Position numbers and translations under genes: made by a program | Source: Candidatus Methylomirabilia bacterium | GTDB lineage: Bacteria > Methylomirabilota > Methylomirabilia > Rokubacteriales > CSP1-6 | Direction: 5' to 3' | Assembly: GCA_041496385.1 (NCBI GenBank) | Contig: JBGQEL010000030.1 | Location: 1 to 42,359, forward strand | Length of the DNA: 42,359 bases | Shown: positions 36,034-42,359 of the stretch, one piece after another | Layout: every line of letters begins with the position of its first letter | Position numbering within the stretch: the stretch's first letter is position 1 | Notes under the pieces: generated by a model | Told to the model about the DNA's origin: nothing | Seen by the model: the letters and a program-made list of their open reading frames with translations, nothing else | Database searches by the model: none

Positions 36034-37164
36034 GTGGCGCGCTCGGTCGTCATCGTCGGAGGGGGACTCGTCGGGCTCAGCGCTGCGTGGCATCTGCGCC
36101 GCGCGGATCGCGGCGTGCGCGTGACCGTGCTGGAGCGCGAGGCGGTCGGCGCCGCCGCCTCCGGCGCGAGCGCCGCGGGCGTGAGGGTGATGGGCCGCGA
36201 CCCGGCCGAGCGCGCGCTCGCCCTCGAGAGCCTCGAGCGCTGGCCCGATCTCGACCGCGAGCTCGAGGGCCCGACGGGCTACCGGCGCGGCGCCGGCCTG
36301 CGCGTGGCGCGCGACGCGAGCGAGTGGGCCGCGGCGCCCGCCGCCGTCGCCGAGCAGCGCGCCGACGGCCTGCCGCTCGAGCTGGTCGACGCGGCGACGG
36401 CCCAGCGGCTGGCACCCGGCCTCGCGCCCGCGTGTCTCGGCGGCGTGCACTGCCCGATCGACGGCCAGGCCGAGGCGATCGCCACCGGGGGCGCCTTCGC
36501 CGCGGCCGCGCGGCGCGGCGGCGCGCGCGTCGAGGAAGGCGTTGCCGCGGCGGGGCTGGAGCGCGAGGGCGGGCGGATCGTCGGCGTCCTGCGCGGCGAC
36601 GGCCGCGCTGAGCCCTGCGACGTCGCAATCGTCGCCGCCGGCGCCTGGACCGCGACGCTGCTCGCGGGCGTCGGCGTGCAGCTCCCGCTTCACGCGCGTG
36701 CGCTCCAGATGTTGCTCACCGACCCCGGGCCCGTCGCCCTGGCGCCCGTCGTGAGCTGCCTCGGGCGCCCGCTCAGCCTGAAGCAGCTCGCCGACGGCGC
36801 CTACCTGATCGGCGGCGGCTGGCCCGCGCTGATCCCCGACGCGGCCCTGAATCGCTGGACCCTCCAGGAGGACAGCGTGCGCGGAAGCCTCGCGGTGGCC
36901 CGCGTCGTTTATCCGCCGCTCGACGCGCGCCGGGTCGCCCGGAGCTGGGCGGGCATCGAGGCCTTCACGCTCGACGGCCTGCCCCTGCTCGGTCCCGTGC
37001 CCGGCGTCGACGGGCTCTTCGTTGCGGCCGGGTTCTGCGGCCACGGCTTCGCGCTCTCGCCCGTGGTGGGCGACATCCTCGCGCGCCTCGCGCTAAGCCT
37101 GGATCCCCTCGCCCACCTCTGGGCGGGGCTCCGCGTCGGCCGGGCGGGACCGGTCGCGGCATGA
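36034..37164 (+). CDS. FAD-dependent oxidoreductase (DadA / sarcosine oxidase beta family)
   Basis: GTG start 36034; 'VIVGGGLVGLSAAWHL', 'ASGASAAG', 'WAGIEAFTLDGLPLLG', 'GFCGHGFALSP'. Confidence 0.88.
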   Translation: MARSVVIVGGGLVGLSAAWHLRRADRGVRVTVLEREAVGAAASGASAAGVRVMGRDPAERALALESLERWPDLDRELEGPTGYRRGAGLRVARDASEWAAAPAAVAEQRADGLPLELVDAATAQRLAPGLAPACLGGVHCPIDGQAEAIATGGAFAAAARRGGARVEEGVAAAGLEREGGRIVGVLRGDGRAEPCDVAIVAAGAWTATLLAGVGVQLPLHARALQMLLTDPGPVALAPVVSCLGRPLSLKQLADGAYLIGGGWPALIPDAALNRWTLQEDSVRGSLAVARVVYPPLDARRVARSWAGIEAFTLDGLPLLGPVPGVDGLFVAAGFCGHGFALSPVVGDILARLALSLDPLAHLWAGLRVGRAGPVAA

Positions 37165-38135
37165 CGGCGCCCGTCATCGACGTGCGCGAGCTCCGGACGC
37201 ACATCGTCACCCGCTGGGGAACGATCAAGGCGGTGGACGGCGTCTCGTTCAGCGTCGCGGAGGGCGAGACGCTCGGCCTGGTCGGCGAGTCGGGCTCGGG
37301 CAAGAGCATGACGTGCCTGTCCATCCTGCGGCTCGTGCCGCGCCCCGCCGCGCGCATCGTCGGCGGCGCGGTGCTGCTGGACGGCGAGGACCTCTTGCAG
37401 AAGAGCGAGCGCGAGATGCAGCGGATCCGCGGCAAGAAGGTCGCGATGATCCTCCAGGATCCGATGAGCTCGCTGAACCCGGTGTTCTCCATCGGCATGC
37501 AGGTGCGCGAGGCGCTCGCGCTGCACCACCGCCTCGGGGGCGGCGCGCTCACCCGCCGCGCGATCGAGCTGCTCGACTCCGTCGGGATCTCCGCGCCCGA
37601 GACCCGGCTCCGCGCCTTCCCGCACCAGCTCTCCGGCGGGCAGCGCCAGCGCGTCGTCGGCGCGATGGCGATCGCGGCGCCGCCGCGGCTGCTGATCGCC
37701 GACGAGCCGACGACGAGCCTCGACCTCACGATCCAGGCGCAGTACCTGACGATGCTCAAGGAGCTGCAGGCGCGCCACCGCCTGGCGATGATCTTCGTCA
37801 CCCACAACCTCGGCATCGTCGCCCGGGTCTGCGATCGCGTGGCGGTCATGTACGCCGGGCGGATCGTGGAGGCCGGGCCGGTCGCGACCCTCTTCCGTGC
37901 GCCGCGGCACCCCTACACCCGCGCGCTGCTCGAGTCGGTGCCCCGGCTCGACGAGGCGACGGAGTGGCTCACGGCCATCGAGGGCCAGCCGCCCGACCTC
38001 GCCGCGCTTCCGCCCGGCTGCGCCTTCGCGCCGCGCTGCCCGCAGGTGATGGACCGCTGCCGGGCGGAGGCGCCGCCCGAGTTCGCCGCCGGCGTCGACC
38101 ACGCGAGCCGCTGCTGGCTCGAGGCGCTCCGGTGA
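37161..38135 (+). CDS. Peptide ABC ATP-binding protein (DppD/OppD-type)
   Basis: GESGSGKS, PHQLSGGQRQR, C-terminal 'GCAFAPRC'. Confidence 0.93.
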   Translation: MTAPVIDVRELRTHIVTRWGTIKAVDGVSFSVAEGETLGLVGESGSGKSMTCLSILRLVPRPAARIVGGAVLLDGEDLLQKSEREMQRIRGKKVAMILQDPMSSLNPVFSIGMQVREALALHHRLGGGALTRRAIELLDSVGISAPETRLRAFPHQLSGGQRQRVVGAMAIAAPPRLLIADEPTTSLDLTIQAQYLTMLKELQARHRLAMIFVTHNLGIVARVCDRVAVMYAGRIVEAGPVATLFRAPRHPYTRALLESVPRLDEATEWLTAIEGQPPDLAALPPGCAFAPRCPQVMDRCRAEAPPEFAAGVDHASRCWLEALR

Positions 38136-39106
38136 CGACGGCCGGCCCGGTCAATCTCCTGGAGGTCGCGGATCTGACCAAGCACTTCACCGTGCGCCGG
38201 GGCCTCCTCGGGCGCGTCGTCGGGACCGTGCGGGCCGTGGACTCCATCTCGTTCACGATCGAGGCCGGGAAGACGCTCGGCCTCGTCGGCGAGTCGGGCT
38301 GCGGGAAGACGACGACGTCCAAGCTGGTGCTGCGCGTCGAGCATCCGACGAGCGGCGCCATCCGCTTCGAGGGCCGGACGCTCGACGGCCTCGAGGGCGA
38401 GTCGCTGCGTGCCTACCGGCGCGCGGTCCAGGCCGTGTTTCAGGATCCCTACGCGTCGCTCGACCCGCGGATGCGCGTGGGCACGATCGTCGGCGAGCCC
38501 CTCGTCATCAACGAGCGGCCGCGGGCCGCGACGCTGCGCCGGCGCGTGCTCGAGCTGCTCGACCTGGTCGGGCTCCCGGAGCGCGCCCTCGGGCTCTTCC
38601 CGCACGAGTTCTCGGGCGGCCAGCGGCAGCGCATCGCGATCGCCCGGGCGCTCGCGCTCTCGCCGAAGCTCGTGGTGCTCGACGAGCCGGTGTCGGCACT
38701 CGACGTCTCGATCCGCGCCCAGATCCTCAACCTCCTGACCGAGCTCCAGCGCCGGCTCGGCGTGGCCTATCTGTTCATCGCGCACGATCTGGCGGCCGTG
38801 GCGCACATGAGCCAGACGATCGCCGTGATGTACCTCGGGAGAATCGTCGAGCTGGGCGCGGCCGCCGACGTGGCCCGCCGGCCGAAGCATCCCTACACGA
38901 AGGCGCTGTTCTCGGCGGCGCTGCCGCTCCATCCGGGCGGCCGCTCGGACGAGATCATCCTCAGCGGGGAGATCCCGAGCCCGCTCCACCCGCCGGCCGG
39001 CTGCCGCTTCCACCCGCGCTGTCCAAGTGTCATGGACCGGTGTCGCGTCGAGGAGCCGCGCCTGGCGCCCGAGAGCGGCCGCCTCGTCGCCTGCCACCTC
39101 TACTGA
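38132..39106 (+). CDS. Peptide ABC ATP-binding protein (DppF/OppF-type)
   Basis: GTG start overlaps the previous stop; [20 protein letters not shown], 'GCRFHPRC...VACH'. Confidence 0.93.
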   Translation: MTTAGPVNLLEVADLTKHFTVRRGLLGRVVGTVRAVDSISFTIEAGKTLGLVGESGCGKTTTSKLVLRVEHPTSGAIRFEGRTLDGLEGESLRAYRRAVQAVFQDPYASLDPRMRVGTIVGEPLVINERPRAATLRRRVLELLDLVGLPERALGLFPHEFSGGQRQRIAIARALALSPKLVVLDEPVSALDVSIRAQILNLLTELQRRLGVAYLFIAHDLAAVAHMSQTIAVMYLGRIVELGAAADVARRPKHPYTKALFSAALPLHPGGRSDEIILSGEIPSPLHPPAGCRFHPRCPSVMDRCRVEEPRLAPESGRLVACHLY

Positions 39107-39119
39107 AAGGACGGACGCA

Positions 39120-39527
39120 ATGAAGCTCAAGAAAGGGTTCCGCCAGATGGTCGACGAGGCCAAGTCCCGGATCACGACGCTCTCCCTGGAGGACGCGCGC
39201 GCGCGGCACGGGAAGGACGACGTGGTGTTCGTCGATCTCCGGGACGTTCGCGAGCTCGAACGCGATGGCATGATCCCCGGGGCCTTCCACTGCCCCCGCG
39301 GCATGCTCGAGTTCTGGATCGATCCGGACAGCCCCTATCACAAGCCGGTGTTCGCCTCCGGCAAGGCGTTCGTCTTCTTCTGCAACGGCGGCTGGCGCTC
39401 CGCGCTCGCCACCGACACCGCCCGGGAGATGGGGCTCGATCCGGTCTTCGAGATGGACGGCGGGTTCACCGCGTGGAAGAACGCGGGATTCCCCGTCGCC
39501 GAGCGCGCGCCGAAGAAGTCTCCCTGA
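39120..39527 (+). CDS. Rhodanese-like domain protein
   Basis: ATG 39120 after AAAGGA; 'VDLRDVRE...GMIPGA..CPRGMLEF', active-site 'FCNGGWRS'. Confidence 0.9.
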   Translation: MKLKKGFRQMVDEAKSRITTLSLEDARARHGKDDVVFVDLRDVRELERDGMIPGAFHCPRGMLEFWIDPDSPYHKPVFASGKAFVFFCNGGWRSALATDTAREMGLDPVFEMDGGFTAWKNAGFPVAERAPKKSP

Positions 39528-39539
39528 AGGGCGCCAGGC

Positions 39540-40967
39540 TCAGGCGGGCGGCCGGCGCCCCGCCCACGGCCGCGCCGCCTCGAGCTGCGCCCCCAGGCGG
39601 AAGAGCGTCGCCTCGTCGCCGAAGCGCCCGGCGAACTGCACGCCGATCGGCAGCCCGCCCGCGGAGGTCGCGAGCGGCACCGTCATCGCGGGGTTGCCGG
39701 ACGAGTTGAAGAGCGCCGTGAAGCCGATGCAGGCGAACACCGCAGCGAGGTACGCGGAGGCATCCGTGGTCGACATGTCGAGCACGCCGAGCGGGTGGGG
39801 CGGCTTGCACATCGTCGGCGTGAGGAGCGCGTCGTACTTCTGGAAGAAGCGCGCGACCAGCCGCCCGACGCGGTGGACGACGCTGACCGAGCGCGCGTAG
39901 TCCGCCGCCGACATGGTGCGGCCGTCCAGCACGCGGTCCCACGTCATCCGCTCGACGTCCGACTCCACGAGCGGCCGGCCGAGCGCCGCCGCGCGGGCCT
40001 CGACGGCGAAGGTCACGTTGGCGGCGACGATCACCCGCGTGGCGTGATTCCAGGCCGCCTCGTCGATCTGGGGCCTCGCCTCCTCCACCGAGTGGCCGAG
40101 GCTCTCGCAGAGCCGGGCGGCGGCGCGCGCCGCCTCCGCGCACTCGCCGTCCACGGGCGCGCCGTTCCAGGGCGTCACGTTCAGCGCGATGCGCAGGCGC
40201 CCGGGGTCACGGCCGACCTCGGCGAGGAACGGCCCCTCGGGCGGCGGCGCCCAGTAGGGGTCGCCGACGTCCGGACCGGACGTGGCGTCCAGCAGTGCGG
40301 CGCTGTCGCGCACGCTCCACGTCACCGCGTGGCCGGCGGAGAAGCCGCCCCAGCCCTCGCCCGCGTCGGGTCCCATCGGGTTGCGCGCCCGCGTGGGCTT
40401 GAGGCCGAAGAGCCCGCAGCACGACGCGGGAATGCGGATGGAGCCGCCGCCGTCGGTGGCGTGTGCCATCGGCAGGATGCCGGACGCCACGGCCGCGGCC
40501 GCGCCGCCGCTCGAGCCGCCCGCGCTGTACGCGCGGTTCCACGGATTGAGTGTGGGCCCGAAGAGCCGCGGCTCCGTCGAGGGCGAGAGACCCATCTCCG
40601 GCGTGTTCGACTTGCCGACGATGACGAGGCCCGCGCGCTTGAGCCGCGCCGTGATCTCGCTGTCGTGGTCGGCCACGTAGCCGGCGAAGAGCTTGCCGCC
40701 GAACGAGGTGGCCACGCCCGTGTAGAGGGCGCCGAGATCCTTCAAGAGATACGGCACGCCGGTGAACGGGCCGGCGGGCAGCCCCGCCCGGAGGGCGGCG
40801 CGCGCCTGGTCGTCCATGCGCAGGACGATCGCGTTGACGGCGGGGTTCCGCGTCTCGATGCGCGCCAGCGTCGCCTCGAGCACTTCCTCGGGCTTGACCT
40901 CGCCCCGGCGCACGAGATCGGCCAGGCCGAGGCCGTCGTACTTCTCGAAGTCCGGGAGACCGTTCAT
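39540..40967 (-). CDS. Amidase (amidase signature family)
   Basis: ATG 40967 after AAAGGAG; 'GVPYLLKD', 'GGSSGGAAA', '[11 protein letters not shown]'. Confidence 0.93.
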   Translation of the reverse strand: MNGLPDFEKYDGLGLADLVRRGEVKPEEVLEATLARIETRNPAVNAIVLRMDDQARAALRAGLPAGPFTGVPYLLKDLGALYTGVATSFGGKLFAGYVADHDSEITARLKRAGLVIVGKSNTPEMGLSPSTEPRLFGPTLNPWNRAYSAGGSSGGAAAAVASGILPMAHATDGGGSIRIPASCCGLFGLKPTRARNPMGPDAGEGWGGFSAGHAVTWSVRDSAALLDATSGPDVGDPYWAPPPEGPFLAEVGRDPGRLRIALNVTPWNGAPVDGECAEAARAAARLCESLGHSVEEARPQIDEAAWNHATRVIVAANVTFAVEARAAALGRPLVESDVERMTWDRVLDGRTMSAADYARSVSVVHRVGRLVARFFQKYDALLTPTMCKPPHPLGVLDMSTTDASAYLAAVFACIGFTALFNSSGNPAMTVPLATSAGGLPIGVQFAGRFGDEATLFRLGAQLEAARPWAGRRPPA

Positions 40968-40997
40968 GGCGTGAGCTCCTTTCAGCGTCGTCGCCCG

Positions 40998-41026
40998 ATC
41001 ATAGTGAGATCGGCGCGACGTGGCAA
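40998..41026 (-). promoter_or_regulatory. Putative promoter of the amidase gene
   Basis: Minus strand TTGCCA-N17-TATGAT. Confidence 0.55.
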
Positions 41027-41143
41027 GCGGCCGTCCGGTCGCCGTCCGGCCGGGGAACGCCCGCGGGCGCGTCAACGCCGTGCACGATCGGGCGCCGTCG
41101 GGGATAATCGCCGCTGCCGACTTTGCTCCGTGGGAGGACCGGG

Positions 41144-42070
41144 ATGACGTGGCTCACCGAAACGGACCGTGACGCGCGGCCGGCGGGCGACCGGCTGGAC
41201 GAGCTGTGGGCGCAGCCGGGCATCCTCCGGATGCCGGGCGCTCACAATCCCCTCGCGGCGCTGCTGGCGCGCCGGGCGGGCTTCAGGGCGCTCTACCTGT
41301 CGGGCGGCGGCCTCACGGCGAGCCTGGCGCTCCCCGATCTCGGCATCCTCGCGCTCGACGAGCTGGTCTTCTTCACGCGGGCCATCTGCCGGGCCGCGAA
41401 CCTCCCGCTCGTGGTGGACGGCGACACGGGCTACGGCGAGGCGCTCAACGTCATGCGGCTCGTGCGCGAGCTGGAGGACGCGGGCGCCGCCGCGGTGCAC
41501 CTCGAGGACCAGGTCCTGCCCAAGAAGTGCGGCCATCTGTCCGACAAGCGCCTGATCGCGCCCGAGGACATGGCGCGCAAGGTCGCCGCCGCCGTGCGCG
41601 CGGCTCGGACCATCAAGATCATCGCGCGCACCGACGCCGCCGCCTCCGAGGGGCTCGACGCTGCCGTCGCGCGCGCGCGGCTCTACCGCGAGGCGGGCGC
41701 GCACGCGATCTTTCCCGACGCGCTCCGCAGCGCGGCGGAGTTCCGCGCGTTCGCCGCCGGCGTGCCGGGACCGCTGCTCGCGAACATGACCGAGTTCGGC
41801 CGGAGCCCCCTGCTCTCCGCGGACGAGCTGGCGCGGCTCGGCTACAAGATGGTCATCTGGCCGGTCACCGCGCTGCGCGTTTCGGTCCGTGCCCTGGAGG
41901 CGGTCTACGCGGAGCTCGCGCGGAGCGGGAGCAACGCCGGGCTGCTCGAGGGCATGCAGACGCGCCAGGAGCTCTACGACGTGATCCGCTACCACGACTA
42001 CGAGGCGCTCGACGACTCGATCGCCAAGAGCGTGCTGCCCGACGACTCCGAGCGGCACGGAGGACGCTGA
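41144..42070 (+). CDS. prpB: Methylisocitrate lyase
   Basis: 'LYLSGG', 'DGDTGYG', 'EDQVLPKKCGH', 'ARTDA', 'ANMTEFG'; GGGAGG RBS. Confidence 0.9.
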   Translation: MTWLTETDRDARPAGDRLDELWAQPGILRMPGAHNPLAALLARRAGFRALYLSGGGLTASLALPDLGILALDELVFFTRAICRAANLPLVVDGDTGYGEALNVMRLVRELEDAGAAAVHLEDQVLPKKCGHLSDKRLIAPEDMARKVAAAVRAARTIKIIARTDAAASEGLDAAVARARLYREAGAHAIFPDALRSAAEFRAFAAGVPGPLLANMTEFGRSPLLSADELARLGYKMVIWPVTALRVSVRALEAVYAELARSGSNAGLLEGMQTRQELYDVIRYHDYEALDDSIAKSVLPDDSERHGGR

Positions 42071-42072
42071 CG

Positions 42073-42359
42073 ATGCCCACGATGCTCGACGGCATGGAGA
42101 AGCTGCTGCGCGGCGAGGTCGCGCCGCCGGCCGCGGCGACGCTGATCGGGATGCGCCTGGCCACGTTCGCGCCGGGCGAGGCGGTCGTCCAGCTCGACGC
42201 GACCGCGGCCCACGGCAACCCGATGGGCACCGTGCAGGGCGGCATCCTGGCCGCCCTCGCCGACGCCGCGATGGGCTGGGCCTACATGACCACGCTCGGC
42301 GAGGGCGAGAGCTACACGACCGCGGAGATGAAGATGAACTTCCTGCGGGCCGTACGGAC
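42073..42359 (+). CDS. PaaI family (hotdog) thioesterase, partial at window edge
   Basis: 'HGNPMGTVQGGILAALADAAMG...TTAEMKMNFLRAV'. Confidence 0.85.
   Translation, partial: MPTMLDGMEKLLRGEVAPPAAATLIGMRLATFAPGEAVVQLDATAAHGNPMGTVQGGILAALADAAMGWAYMTTLGEGESYTTAEMKMNFLRAVR

Noticed and set aside
1..42359. CRISPR array, tRNA/rRNA (including selC), transposase, integrase or prophage genes
   Set aside because: No regularly spaced repeats, cloverleaf-like sequences or recombinase/transposase motifs recognised by eye

Overview
High-GC bacterial chromosomal window. Gene content (many orphan ABC solute-binding proteins, amidohydrolases, a UGSC selenoprotein) is reminiscent of Ca. Rokubacteria/Methylomirabilota, but this is inference only. 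Both flanks are ordinary metabolism and transport: a branched-chain amino-acid ABC operon plus cyclase, SrkA kinase, USP, nitronate monooxygenase, LysR/GNAT, an HD-domain protein, tartrate dehydrogenase, AlkA, amidohydrolase, PQQ dehydrogenase, nitroreductase, glnS, an Fe/polyamine-type ABC system, a Dpp-type ABC operon with an embedded FAD oxidoreductase, rhodanese, amidase, prpB and a PaaI thioesterase. The centre (~18.8-28.1 kb) is an accessory patch with five notable parts. (1) A hidden selenoprotein: two short ORFs are one UGSC-family gene with an in-frame UGA (GD-U-GSC) followed by a clear SECIS-like hairpin. (2) Its likely partner gene ('RGWTDGLPVVPPT' family) is separated from it by an inserted HEPN cassette whose HEPN gene lacks its 5' end and is absent from the ORF track. 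(3) An unusual AbrB+Phd double-antitoxin fusion with a VapC toxin and a palindromic operator. (4) A decayed OLD-type ATPase-TOPRIM nuclease, a HEPN fragment, a possible attC-like site and a ParE TA pair. (5) A stand-alone MORC-like GHKL ATPase directly downstream of glnS, and a broken Uma2 endonuclease. No rRNA, tRNA, CRISPR array, integrase or transposase was recognised.
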